A stretch of DNA of 64,000 nt from Octopus bimaculoides (Eukaryota), in assembly GCF_001194135.2 (NCBI RefSeq), contig NC_068981.1, positions 194,513,689 to 194,577,688 of the forward strand. The letters are read 5' to 3'. The notes beneath the pieces were generated by a model, which made no database searches, was not told the origin of the DNA, and saw nothing but the letters and a program-made list of their open reading frames with translations. Within the stretch, counting starts at the first letter, position 1; each line of letters starts with the position of its first letter. Position numbers and translations under genes: made by a program. Below are positions 26,266 through 40,515 of the stretch, piece after piece.

Positions 26266-26940
26266 TTAAGTGGAGCAGCTAAGTTGATTGCATCAATTCC
26301 CAGTACACAGCTGGTATTTATTTTATCAAACCCGAAAGAATGAAAAGTAAAATTGATCTTGGTGGAATTTGAACTCAGAATGTAAAAATGGATGGAATGA
26401 CACTAAGCATTTGGCCTGGCATGCCAATGATTCTGGGGCTCGCTGTCTCATGCTTGTCTAGTGGGCAGCATTTGATGTGTCCATTTTATGACAGCTAAAT
26501 AATACACCTGGATTACAACATCTAATTCGCGACTACATTTGTTCGTTTGTACATATTTCTATGGAAACGACTATAATTTATTTCCTTTCCAATGTTCTGT
26601 ATAAATTGCTTTTATGTCAGTCATGCCTCAGGGGGAAGAAAAAGGTCTGAATCTGACCAATGAAACCAACTTTCAGTGTCCTTAGAATATGTATTGTTGG
26701 ATTTATTTATTTTGTTATATTTATTTTGTTATCAGAGGTATTTTTTTGTTTTCTTCTTTCATTCTTTTACTTGTTTTAGTCATTTTACTGGGGCCATGCT
26801 GGGGCATTGCCTTGAAGAGTTTAGTCAAACAAATTAACCCCAGCTTTTATTTTGAAATCTGATGCTTGCTCTCTTTTCACCAAACAACTAAGTTATGGGG
26901 ATGTAAACAAACTAACACTGACTGTCAAGCAAGGGTGAGG

Positions 26941-26990
<50 letters not shown>

Positions 26991-27191
26991 TGATAGCTTC
27001 CAAATTTGCCCACAAGACCATGATTGGCTCAGGGATATAGTAGACACTTGCCCAAGGTGCTGCACAGTAGGATTGAACCTGGAACCACTTGTTTACAATG
27101 CAAGCTTCTTAACCATACAGCCATGCCTGCACCTATCATAATAACATTTGTTAATTTTCTTTTGTTGTTTTTTTTTCCTCTTTTTTTCCAG

Positions 27192-27291
27192 GATCTGTCA
27201 AATGGCCGGAACTTTACAAATTTATTACTCTCTTTAGTATCATGGTGTCTGAAATTCAATTCTTCAAACGAATCATTACTTACAGAAACTG
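27192..27291 (+). CDS. LYST: LYST coding exon 2
   Basis: Poly-T tract, ttccag|GAT, donor ACTG|gtaagc; 100 nt, phase 0 to 1. DLSNGRNFTNLLLSLVSWCLKF resembles LYST ELLTLLLSLLPLVWKIP. Confidence 0.85.
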
Positions 27292-30200
27292 GTAAGCATA
27301 ACACTCTTCGGTTACTTTTCTTATTAAAACTACATCATGGAATTTCATCATTTTTATGTGGTAAGGTAGCCATAAAAATTGCGTGGATTAACACTTTGTC
27401 CAGTGTATCATGAGTGATATAGAAGACAAGATATATTCCCCTGCTGTCCATGCATTGTATATGTTACACATTACTAACGCTTTCCAATCACCAGAATAAC
27501 TTGGGACTTACGAAAGAAAAGCTTTATATTACAGAGAACGTATGAAACAGGATCTAACTAAATGTATGAAAACAAGCATGGACATTTAGGACAGACATGA
27601 AAATACTCTGGACAGGCAAAGGGCTAATTTGAAGGTCAATTTTGGGTAAAGTTTATAAATGCCAAACGCAACACTTGGATTATCATTTCATTGTCATAAT
27701 GATGAGAAAATGCATGATTTGGATGGAGTTTATTGAAGCATATTTTCTATGGTTGGATGCCTTTCCTGTCACCAACCTTTATCTGTTTCCAAACAAAGTA
27801 ATGTTTCCTCGGGTTGTGTTTTTGCAGAATATCAGTTTCAAATTTTGGCACAAGGTCAGCAATTTCAGGGGAGTTGTGTAAGTCAATTATATTGACCTCA
27901 GTGTTCAGCTGGTACTTATTTTATCGACCCCCCCCTCACCCCACCCCCTGCCGAAAGGATGAATGGTAAAGTTGATCTTGGTGGAATCTGAACTCAAAAC
28001 TTAAGGGCGGAAAAAAATGCCCCTGAGCGTTTTGCCTGGTGGGCTAACAGTTCTTGCTAGCTTGCCTCCTTCTTTTTGAAGAATATTGGAAATGAATGAC
28101 TCTCATTTACAACACTGAAGCAATGTTCGGACAAGGGAAAACAAACATATTCACACACTCACACACAACACTCCACTCCGAGTGTGACTCCAGTCCATCA
28201 CAGAGTTACTCCTTTACAGCTGAGTGGACTACAGCAATGTGAAACAAATGAGGTGGTGGTGGTGGTGGTGTTGAAACATGATCTTCGAATGTTGGGCTTC
28301 ACAGAAGCAATGATGAAAGACCGAGACCTCTGAAGACATGCTGTAATTGAGAAGATCTGGCAAATAAGGAAAGGTAAAGTTGATCTTGGTGGAATTTGAA
28401 CTCAGAATATAAAAATGGATGGAATGGCACTAAGCATTTGGCCTGGCATGCCAATGATTCTGGGGCTCGCTGTCTCATGCTTGTCTAGTGGGCAGCATTT
28501 GATGTGTCCATTTTATGACAGCTAAATAATACACCTGGATTACAACATCTAATTGGCGACTAGATTTGTTCGTTTGTACATATTTCTATGGAAACGACTA
28601 TAATTTATTTCCTTTCCAATGTTCTGTATAAATTGCTTTTATGTCAGTCATGCCTCAGGGGGAAGAAAAAGATCTGAAGCTGACCAATGAAACCAACTTT
28701 CAGTGTCCTTAGAATATGCCTTGTTGTATTTATTTATTTTGTTATATTTACTACAGCAAGTGTGTGAAATGAATGAGGCGGTGGTGGTGGTGAAGCATGA
28801 CTTTTGAACGTTGGGCCTCACAGAGGCAATGACGAAAGAATGAGGCCTCTGGAGATATGCTGTAATTGAGAAGACCCGGCAAGTAAAGTGAGATCACAGC
28901 CATAGCTTATACCAGTGTCGCATAACCAGCCCACTTAAAAAAAGTACCTTTGGATTGTCAGGCGACATGCCGTACTTGAGGAGACCTATTGAGTCAAATA
29001 AAATAAAATCAAATCAAATCACAATCAAATGGAAACTGTAGTTGTGGCCAATGCCAGTGCCACCTGACTGGCTCCCATGCTGGTGGCATGCAATAAGCAC
29101 AATGCATGCGTGGGTCATTGCCAGTGCTGCCTGACTGGTTGCCCATGTCGGGAGCATGTAAAAAGTACCATCCGAATGTGGCTGATGCCAGTGCTGCCTG
29201 ACTGACTCCTGTGATGGTAGCACATAAAAAGCACCCACTACACTCTCGGAGTGGTTGGCGTTAGGAAGAGCATCCAGCTGTAGAAATATTGCCAGATCAG
29301 ATTGGAGCCTGGTGCAGTCTTCTGGCTTGCCAGTCCCCAGTCAAACCGTCCAACCTATGCCAGCGTGGAAATCAGATATTAAACGATGACGATGATGATG
29401 AACTGGTCCTGGAATTAAAACTACACTCTTGTGATCGTGAGTGCAATACCCTTATCATTAGGCTACACATATACCTCTTGTGTCCAACCCATCCCAGACT
29501 CCAACCCTTCCAAAAGGCTACCCACTGATTTGTATGGCGTCCCTATCATCAACACACATCATTCCATGGGTGTGTTGTCTCCTCCTCTTTCTATTCCTAC
29601 ACAGTACCACCTGATCCACCAAGCTTGGCTGGTCTTATGTCATCTCCACTCAGATAATATCCTCAACTCTCCCATATTACATTCACCCTTCAGGCCCCTG
29701 ATCTTCTTTGAATGTCAACCCCTGGAACTCCATCAGTTCCCCTATAGCAACTGACTTGCAAATGTTCAGAATGAATTCCAGCCATATCAGTCTCAACAGG
29801 TCTTGGAAGGCCTTCAAAAGCACGAAACACAGCCAGTTCCTCCTGATCAAACATTGAAAATCAAAGCAAAATATTTCATGCTAGTTTCTCAAAATGTGAC
29901 ACTTTGAAGAAATATTTTTCTTCTTTCACCAATATTTCAAACATCACAGAGATGCACATACACAAACCAGTGTGTCGGAGACTGTTTTATTATTCTCAGT
30001 TTGAAGTCTTCTTTGGAAACTCATAAATATAGTTTTAATGAGAACTATCAAAAATACATCAAATTTACCAGATATCTTTGAAAACTTCAGTCATGTTATT
30101 GGTGTTCAAAGAAATCATCATCAACATCATCATCATCGTTATTATCTGTCATATAGACTTCATTATATAGATGTGTGTGTGTGTGTATGTATGTGTGTAT

Positions 30201-30878
30201 AAGCAAGTGGGGGAGTGGCAATAGGGTGGGCATTTAGTTGTACAAAACTCTGCTCCAGCATGATCTCATCTGAATTATGCAAACATGGGAAAGTAGACAT
30301 TAAAATGCTGATGATTTTATATATATGATGATGATGATGATGATCATCATCATCATCATCATCATCATTTAATGTCTGCTTTCCATGCTGGCATGGGTTG
30401 GATGGTTTGACTGAGGANNNNNNNNNNATGTCTGCTTTCCATGCTGGCATGGGTTGGATGGTTTGACTGAGGACTGGCAAGCCAGGTGGCCACCACACTA
30501 GGCTCCAATCTGATCTGGCAAGGTTTCTACAGCTTGATGCCCTTCCTAGCACCAATCACTCCAAGAGTGTAGTGGGTGCTTTTTACGTGCCACCAGCAGT
30601 GGGGGCCAGTCAAGCGGCACTGGCAACAACCATGCTTGAATGGTGCTTTTTACATACCACCAACACGGGGCCCAGTCAGGCAGTACTGACATCGACCACA
30701 CTCAACATCGCTTGACAACCGATGCTGGTGTGTTTACGTCCCCATAACTTAGTGGTTCAGCAAAAATAGACCGATAGAATAAGTACTAGGCTTACAAAGA
30801 ATAAGTCCTGGGGTCGATTTGCTCGACTAAAGGTGGTGCTCCAACATGGCCGCAGTTAAATGACTGAAACAAGTAAAA

Positions 30879-30919
<41 letters not shown>

Positions 30920-32140
30920 TACACCCACATGCACACACACATTGTTTGCACATGTTGTTAGTGTTGGTTAATAAATCTATAGCTATGATCTGTAGTACTT
31001 TACATCAATATGTGTGTGTGTGTGTGTGTGTTTGTCATCCTCGAAGTAATGGGTTACTTTCTAACAAAGAAACAAACCTCCTTTGCTGACAATTTAATAA
31101 CAACAATGACAATTGTTAAATTTAGGCTTTGTATGCTTTTATTGTTGTGCATGAAAGAGGGGACAAGCCCCGATGTTAGCTGTTCTGTTTGATTGGCTGA
31201 AAATCCTTGCATTTCTGGATTGTCATTTAGACATTTCGTAACATCGTCCTCCCTGTAATTATTGGAATAAATATGAATTTATGATCAGGGAAGAGGAGTT
31301 GCTGGTTTTGAAGTAATTGTTTGTAAATATTCCTTCTTTTCACTGTGTTTGGAAGAAGTGTTCACATTCGTTGGTCAGCTGACTTCTGTGTCTTCCATAA
31401 TGGTTCAGCCTTTGTTTTCCATTCCAAATGATTGTATCAGACCTGTTGTTTTTTGTGTTTAGTGGAAGTTATTCTTGGTATACAACAATCACTTAGTCTA
31501 TCCATTCTTAATACATTCCAGAAAATTCAAACATGAATATGCTAATCCCATTGTATTTTGTCTCCCCCAAATCTGAGCCACCAGATCATCACATCCTTTC
31601 CATCACTATACATCTCACCCCCTCCCGTCCATGCCCTATACCTACCTACCTCTCTTTCCTCCACATTTTCACAGCCTACACAACTTCTTCTCATCTCTCT
31701 CTTTCTCTCATCACCCCCTTATCATTGTTATTCTTTTACCCCTCACCCCTATGCATTGTTAGTCACTCCTCACTCCCCTTTTCACCATTCACTACTTCCA
31801 CCCCTTTACTCTATTAAACCTCTACAGTTGTCACCTACTCTTCCCTACATCCTCTCCACTTATGATCCACTCAACATTTGTTCTTTATTCATTATATTCA
31901 CCCCCTCCATCCATTCCCCATCCTGTATTCTTTTATACACTCTTGCAACTTCCATCACCCATATTCCCTGTTCATATTCCCCCACCCCACCCCACGCCTT
32001 GTACCTTGAGGGACCCACACAGACACCTTTTTATAACTATTTTTACCTCTTCCCTACTCCACCCCTATCCTTCTCTGCTCTCTCTTTGAAAATGTGAGTA
32101 GTCCTGTAGCCCCTCTACAGCAAGAAACCTGTTTTACTCA

Positions 32141-32369
32141 AGTGGCGAGCTAGCAGAAATGTTGGCACACCGGGCGAAATGCTTAGCGGTATTTTGTCTG
32201 CCGCTACGTTCCGAGTTCAAATTCTGCCGAGGTCGACTTTGCCTTTCATCCTTTCGGGGTCGATAAATTAAGTACCAGTTATGCACTGGGTCGATGTAAT
32301 AGACTTAATCCCTTTGTCTGTCCTTGTTTGTCCCCTCTATGTTTAGCCCCTTGTGGGCAATAAAGAAAT
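32141..32369 (+). mobile_element. tRNA-derived SINE (Nin-domain-like) with 19-bp target-site duplication
   Basis: TSD aagaaacctgttttactca at 32122-32140 and 32370-32388; central gaggtcgactttgcctttcatcctttcggggtcgataaattaagtaccagt. Related copies at about 5875-6105(+), 9110-9292(-), 19975-20190(-), 44850-45065(-), 58935-59150(-). Confidence 0.8.
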
Positions 32370-34793
32370 AAGAAACCTGTTTTACTCAGGCCCCTTCTCT
32401 CATACTTTAGCCCTTCATTTCCTAGCATAAAACCCATCTCTCTTGGGGCTTTGTAGTTTTACAAGTCGCATGATAACTTAAGTAATGCTGGTGCCATGAA
32501 AAAAGAACCCAGTCCATGCTGTAAAGTGGTTGACATTAGGAAGGGCATCCAGCCATAGAAACCCTACCAAAGTAGGCTGTGGAGTATGATGCAGTTCTTG
32601 GGTCTGCTGGATCCCGTCAAACTGTCCAACCACTGCCAGCATGGAACATAGGTATTAAATGGGGATGATGATGATGATGATGATAACAACTTCTCCTTTC
32701 AGACAATGTGTGTTCACATCACACTTAATTTATTGAAAAAGGGGGGAAAAAAATACAACAGCAATAGCATACTCACACTTGAATCTGCTAGAATGTATTC
32801 AAAATGATTATGGATGTCATCATTTTGATTTTCACTGTACCCCCATGTACATTATTTATTATCAGTTTGGCAGACATTTGCATGCATCAGTTAATAATTG
32901 GTTTGTTGAATTCTGTAAACAAGAGCTAGAATTTTAGTTTCGATTCATTGATTTGGGGGTACCACTGCAGTGTTTCAAAGCCCCCTTACTCCAATGAATT
33001 GTGTTACAGACACATTGTCTGAAAGAAAAATATCATCTTCCATTGATAAAATGCAACAGCAATTAGCATATCCACATTTGAATAAAAAAGAATGCATTAA
33101 CAATGAATGTATTTGTCATTGTTTTATTTTCACTGTTCTTCATACACATGATGGTTTATTATTTTTGGAGATATGCTGTGCTTGAGAAGACACGGCAAGC
33201 CAAGTGAGACCGTAACCATGGCCTATGCCAGTGCAGCATAACCAGCCCATTTAAGAGTACCCTTAAATCTTTGGGCAATAAACTGCGCTTGCGAAGACCT
33301 ATTGAGATAAATGAAGTCGTGGTCATGGCTAATGACAGTACCGCCTGATTGATACTCATGCCGGTGACACATAAAAAGCACCATTTGAGCGTGGTTGATG
33401 CCAGTGCCGGCTGACTGACCCTCATGCTGGTGGCACGTAAAAAGCACCCACTACACTCTTGGAGTGGTTGGCGTTAAGAAGGGCATCCATCTGTAGAAAC
33501 TTTGCCAGATCAGATTGGAGCCTGNNNNNNNNNNTTGGAGTGGTTGGCGTTAAGAAGGGCATCCATCTGTAGAAACTTTGCCAGATCAGATTGGAGCCTG
33601 GTGCAGCCTTCTGGCTTGCCAGTCCTCAGTCAAACCGTCCAACCCATGCCAGCATGGAAAGCAGACGTTAAACGATGATGACAATGATGATGATGATTGG
33701 AATGCTCTACTAATATTTCTTATGCTGGAATCAAAGATAGAAAGCTGGCAGAATTGTTAGCCAAGGTAGACTTTGCCTTTTATCCTTTTGGGGTTAATGA
33801 AACAAGTACCCATTGAATACTAGGGGTCGATGTAATTGCCTTAACAGACAGACACACACACACACATATGATGGGCTTCTTTCAGTTTCCATCTACCAAA
33901 TCCACTCACAAGGCTTTGGTCAGCCCGAGGCTGTAGTAGAAGACTCTTGCCCAGAGTGCCATGCAGTGGGTCTGAACCCGGAACCATGTGGTTGGGAAGC
34001 AAACTTCAAAAGAAAAAATTCAAAAATGAGCACTGGGTTGATTTATTTGACTTAAATCTTTGAAGGTGGTGCCCCAGCATGACCACAGTCCAATGACTGA
34101 AATAAATGGAAGAATAACAGAGCATTCATCACAGAGCAGTTCCTTCTGCAATGACGTAATCTATTGTTTTAGCAACAGCACCATGTTGTGTTGGAATGTA
34201 ATAAACTGATGACATATCTGAGCAACTGCTGGTCATGTAATATTTTCCACATATTTGTGACATGGCCAACATTTTTGGGGTCATATTTTCTGGGTTTAAA
34301 GGCTTTGCCCTGTCTTTTGTTGTAAAGTTATTTATACCTGTCACAATCACAATCAAAATTGCTGACGTGGCCGATGACAGTACTGCCTGATTGGCACTCG
34401 TGCCAGTGAAACATTAAGAGCACATCTGAGCGTGATCGTTGCCAGGGCCACAGATTGGCTCCCATGCCAGTGGCACGTAAAAAGCACCCAGTACACTCTG
34501 TAAAGTGGTTGTATTAAGAAGGGCATGCCAAAACCTTGGCAAAACAGACTGTTGGAGCTTGGTGCAGCTTTCCAGTCAGACCATCCAAATCATGCCATGG
34601 AACCATCCAACCTATGGCAGATGATGAATGTGTCTCTTCCAGGTTTTCTAGTGGGGGTATATTCATTGATTAATATTTAGGGGCCACATATCATTGGTAA
34701 CTGATTAACCCTTTAATATTGATAATGTTTGTTCCTTCAAATTGGTTACTGCATGTAGCCTCAAGATTTCAATGATCTGATTATATATTTTTA

Positions 34794-35136
34794 CAGTTCT
34801 ATATTTAAGAGATGAGGAATTATTTACATTTGATGGATATTTGTCCTCATCTTGTTTGTTGTTAACACAACGTTTTGGCTGATATACCCTCCAGCCTTCA
34901 TTAGGTGTCCTGGGTAAAATTCGAACCTGTTGGAATCGAACTCGGAATCTTGGGGTTAGTAGCCTGTGCTCTTAACCACTACGCTATATGCCTGTGGGCA
35001 ATTATAGAGTGAATTTTAGGGCTTATAAATCTAATATTCTCCTATCCTTCCTTAATACCAGTTCCCATATGCTACTCATATCTGCACTCAGTCTGCTTAG
35101 GAGGTTGTTGTGTCCTAGCATATATGCTGCTTCTTT
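34794..35136 (-). mobile_element. Second copy of the Penelope-like 3' end with a degenerate hammerhead (34865-34908)
   Basis: The reverse complement matches 50575-50987 with an internal deletion. The hammerhead reads ACAC-CUAAUGA-A-GGCUG...CAGCC-AAAA-CGUU-GUGU, i.e. G5A and G12A core substitutions. Confidence 0.78.
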
Positions 35137-36792
35137 AGTAGGTATTAGAGGCTGACCCTGACCTGTTTGAACAAGTTCTTGTGGAATATCTGGGCCTGAT
35201 GTGGCTGGTTTGAATGCTAAATGATTAATATTGGTCTCTCACTTTTGAGTACCTGGTCAATGCATTTGATTTTCTGCTGGCTTTAACAAATGCTCTCTAA
35301 ATGATACAATACAAAGCTCTAAAGCTGTTAGGATTAACTTAAGCTTCTTTCCTTGTCATTTCATAGAGGATAAAGCCTGTTGCTATCCTTATTCCCATGG
35401 AAATTTCTATTAAATATTAGGATCTTTTAATATAAATATAAACGATTTCCTCAGTGATCCAGCCATTTATCCCAAAGGTTGGCACCATAATTGCTACAGT
35501 AAATGGGTTTTCTGTGATATTTTCTGGTTGTAAGAAGAATACTTTTTTTTAAAGTCACATCTAACTTCTCTTCCAACATTTACCTACCTGCATTCTCTAT
35601 TCTCCAATCCCCATTCACTTTTACTTCCCTTGTACCTTAAGGGTCCGCTTGGCACCCCGTCACCACTATTTTTGATCTCTTTTTCTATCTCCACCCTGGT
35701 TGCTCCCACCTTTTCTTTTACATTGTGAGTAGCCATGTAGTTGCTCTACATCAAGAACCTTTTTCTGTTCTGGCCCCTTCTCTTATATTTTAGCTCCTCA
35801 CCTCCTAGCATGAAGCAGCCTCCCTATCTACTGGAGCACCCCACTCAGTCACAGTGGATCTTACTCTTGCAGTCTTCATGGCAACCTCACTAGTGCTGGT
35901 GCTATGAAAAAACAAAAAAACACCCAATACACTCTGCAAAGTGGTTGGTGATAAGATCATCCAGCAGTTGAGACCCTGCCAAACTAGACATGGGTCTTCA
36001 GTGCAGTGTTTGAACTTCTCAAATCCTGTTCAACCATCCAACCCATTCCAGCATGGAAGAAGCTGGATGTTAAATGGTAATGAAGGAATGGTCTAATGCG
36101 TTTTTTGTAATTGAATCCTATAATCATAAAATTTGTAAAGTGTTTGAATCCACCACACCACACTACACCACCCCCCTGTCTTCTCTCTAGTAAATTTAAA
36201 CAGCTTCTGTAAAAGTTTATACCAATAATAGTACTTAGCCAAGCAACAGGCCTTTAGTTTTTCTGCCAAATTCAATTTAGTGTTTTCATTCTTGGCTATC
36301 AAATTTGTCTTTGCTTATGGCAAGCCAGTTTAGTAGGTCAGCTTGGCTTTCCGTCATTGTCATCATCATCATCATCGTTTAATGTCTGTTTACCATGCTG
36401 GCATGGGTTGGACGGTTTGACTAAGGACTGGCAAGCCAGAAGGCTGCACCAGGCTCCAATCTGATCCGGCAGAGTTTCTACAGTTGGATGCCCTTCTTAA
36501 TGCCAACCACTCCAAGAGTGTAGTGGGTGCTTTTTACGTGCCACCAGCACTGGAGCCAGTCAAGCGGTTTTGGCATCGGCCATGTTTGGATGGTGCTTTT
36601 TATGTGCTACCGGCACANNNNNNNNNNNNNNNNNNNNNNNNNNNNNNNNNNNNNNNNNNNNNNNNNNNNNNNNNNNNNNNNNNNNNNNNNNNNNNNNNNN
36701 NNNNNNNNNNNNNNNNNNNNNNNNNNNNNNNNNNNNNNNNNNNNNNNNNNNNNAAGACAGACAAAATACTGCTAAGCATTTTGCCCAGCATT

Positions 36793-36833
<41 letters not shown>

Positions 36834-36847
36834 TAATAATAATAATG

Positions 36848-36881
<34 letters not shown>

Positions 36882-37348
36882 TGGTAATGATAGTCATTGT
36901 TTGTGAAAGTATTCACCTCTTCATGCTGTGACATGAAATGGTATGGGAGGGGAGTTATATAATGTATATACATATATACACACATATATATATATACATG
37001 TATGTATGTATATATATATATGTATATACATGTATATATATATATGTATATATATAAATGTATATATATATATGTATATACATGTATATATATATGTATA
37101 TATATAAATGTATATATATATATGTATACATATAAATGTATATATATATGTATATATATAAATGTATATATATATGTATATATATNNNNNNNNNNNNNNN
37201 NNNNNNNNNNNNNNNNNNNNNNNNNNNNNNNNNNNNNNNNNNNNNNNNNNNNNNNNNNNNNNNNNNNNNNNNNNNNNNNNNNNNNNNNNNNNNNNNNNNN
37301 NNNNNNNNNNNNNNNNNNNNNNNNNNNNNNNNNNNNNNNNNNNNNNNN

Positions 37349-37381
<33 letters not shown>

Positions 37382-37392
37382 CATATATATAT

Positions 37393-37425
<33 letters not shown>

Positions 37426-39729
37426 CATATATATATATTTACATATACATATATATTTACACACACACACAGACACACACACATATATATATACACATTT
37501 ACATATATATAATACATATATATATATCTGTTGAGCAGTGTCTCATCCTTCTGCTTACATCACATGTTGGTAGGTGAGGATAGAGAGCAGGTGTGTGTGT
37601 GTGTAGGTGGGGGGGGCAGCTTGAACATAACATTAGACAATGGCATGTTAAATATGTGACTTGTCACTTACTTGACAGTCTTGCTTTTATTAGCCCCCAT
37701 CCCCGCTCCCATTTGTTCTCTTCAGGTGGGGGTTGGTGGGGGTGTGGAATATCCTGAGGGTTGGGATTGTGTGGATGAATCTAGTCATGGGTTGGTGCGG
37801 CTGTGTGGTTTAAGAAGCTTGCTTCTTAGCCAAATGGTTCTGGGTTCAATCTCACTGTGCAGCACCTCGGGTAAGTGACTTCTACTGTAACCCTGGGCTG
37901 ACCAAAGCTTTATGAGTGGTTTGGTGTGAAAGGTTTGGTGCCTTGTATTGCTGAGTCTCCAAACCTCCAGCAGATAGCATCATCATCATCATCATCATCA
38001 TCCTAGTCATCCTTCGACATGGTTCAGGAATCACAGTACGGTTGATTTCCGCACCCAACCCTTTTTCTTGATTTGGTCATTTTATTCANNNNNNNNNNNN
38101 NNNNNNNNNNNNNNNNNNNNNNNNNNNNNNNNNNNNNNNNNNNNNNNNNNNNNNNNNNNNNNNNNNNNNNNNNNNNNNNNNNNNNNNNNNNNNNNNNNNN
38201 NNNNNNNNNNNNNNNNNNNNNNNNNNNNNNNNNNNNNNNNNNNNNNNNNNNNNNNNNNNNNNNNNNNNNNNNNNNNNNNNNNNNNNNNNNNNNNAAAATA
38301 ATGTTTATTTTTGTCTATTTCTATTTTATTTATATTTGAAAAGTTTCCTCCTACTTTTTTGAATTGCAGTCTTTGAGCAGATCCTCAAAATTAATCTTAG
38401 GTAACACATCTGCATCTATAGTTAACAGAGACAAAGGCATCCTAAATATTATTTTAGCAAGTTTAAAGTGATTTCTTTTGTGCCTTAAACCATTTACCAT
38501 TTCTGTGGTATCCCCCTCCTTCCTTTCATACGCTAAGCACATGGTTATTTTGAAACTTAATATTTAATCCAGTGCTGCTTTCAATCACTGAATACAAAAA
38601 CAAAGCTCATGAGGCCCCTATTCAGGTAATTTTCCCGAGTCACCCTCTCACCCTCTCACCCTCGCTTTCATTCTGTTAATCTTTCCACATTTAAGGTAGT
38701 CGTCTCTCTTTTCTTCCCTTTTTGTTTCTTAATATTTTATGACTGTTGACTTTCTTGGGGTCTTCTGCCCTTTTGTCAGGTCTGTGCTTCTTTTGTCCTT
38801 CAGGGTGTCCATTAATGACCCTCTTTAACAAGCAAGCTTGCTGGAGTTTCTCGTTCACTCACTGACAGCCTGATCATGTGACAAGCTGGACTGGTTTATA
38901 TGTTACCAGGAGCACATAAGAGCGACTTGACATAACATATATATATACACACATATATATAGTCTAGATTAGGTGGTGCAACAATTGCATAAACAGACAG
39001 AATTTGTGTGTGTGTGTGTGTTGTTCTAATTTGCCTGTGGGAATTTGGATAGTAATTAAGCAACATGACACATTATCTGTGATGGTTGTGGTGGTGGTGG
39101 TATTGGTGATTGTTGTAGCTATAGATGTAGTATAGGTGGTAGTGGTAGTACTAGTGTTGATAGTAGCATGGTAGTGATGTGGCAGAGCAGTCATTCTCAT
39201 TCACCGATACCTCCACAACCGCCTCACACCTCATATAAAAAAAAGACAAAAACAAAGATTATCTCATGCCTAGATATCATCAAACTTACATCTCCCTTCA
39301 ACCCCCCCTCCCAACAACAACAACAACAGCAACACCAAACCTATTTTAATTAGAAAGGAACTATGTTTCATACACTCCGCTGGCTTTTTTATTACTCACA
39401 ACACCCAAAAACATTAGATGTAATCAACCCCCTCGCATGTGCATAATTTCCCATCAACGCAAAGATAAGAATATTAGAAAGACACACAGGAGTGGCTGTG
39501 GGGTAAGAAGCTTGCTTCCTAACCACATGGTTCCGGGTTCAGTCCCACTGCACGGTACTTTGGGCAACTGTCTTCTACTGTAGCCTCGGGCTGACCAAAG
39601 GCTTGGGAGTGGATTTGGTAGATGGAAACTGAAAGAAGCCCTTTGTGTATATACGTTATTAAAAAGCAGCAAAAATACCACAAAAACTGTTACTCAGAGT
39701 TTCACGTTCCCGTTCATTGGACAGTTTTG

Positions 39730-39762
<33 letters not shown>

Positions 39763-40515
39763 ACAGGCATGGCTGTGTGGTAAGAAGCTTCCTTCCCAAC
39801 CACATGGTTCTGGGTTCAGTCCCACTGTGCGGTACCTTGGGTAAGTGTCTTTTACTGTAGCCTCGGGCTGACTAAAGCCTTGTGAGTGGATTTGGTAGAT
39901 GGAAACTGAAAGAAGCCCGTCCTATATATATATATATATGTGTGTGTGTGGCTGTGTGGTAAGAAGCTTGCTTCCTAACCACATAGTTCTGGGTTCAGTC
40001 CCACTGCGTGGCACCTTGGGCAAGTGTCTTCTACTATAGCCTCGGGCCAACCAAAGGCTTGGGAGTGGATTTGGTAGATGGAAACTGATAGAAGCCCTTT
40101 GTGTATAAACTTTGTCTGTCTGTCTCTCTGTCTTACACTTGACAGGCTTCTTTCAGTTTCTGTCAACCAAATCCACTCACAAGGCTTTGGTTGACTATAC
40201 CAAAAGACCTCCGAGTGCCATACAAAGGGGATGAACACAAAGCTATAAGGTTGTTAAGCAAACTTCTTAACCATAAAACCAGACCTGCACTGTCAGTGCT
40301 AAAATGGGTTGTCTTGGTTTGCAAAATGAATTCCCTAACCTGAGTAAGTTATATTCTATAACTGGATAGTAATGTGATATATTTTATATTAAAACACAAC
40401 TGGCGACTTCTGCTGGGTATTGAACTTCTGACCAATTCCACTGAATGTTTACTCCTTAACCATTGCATCATTTATGAATTTCTAATCAGTATTTCTCTTT
40501 CCATTTTCCTCATAG

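Noticed and set aside
33460-33600. 66-bp direct duplication around a 10-N gap (also 30371-30475)
   Set aside because: Identical sequence on both sides of a placeholder gap is most simply overlapping contig ends.
40374-40515. N-terminal 47 aa of the 923-aa ORF as a protein start
   Set aside because: It is intron sequence read through in frame. A phase-compatible acceptor lies at 40515, and the true start is at 7673.
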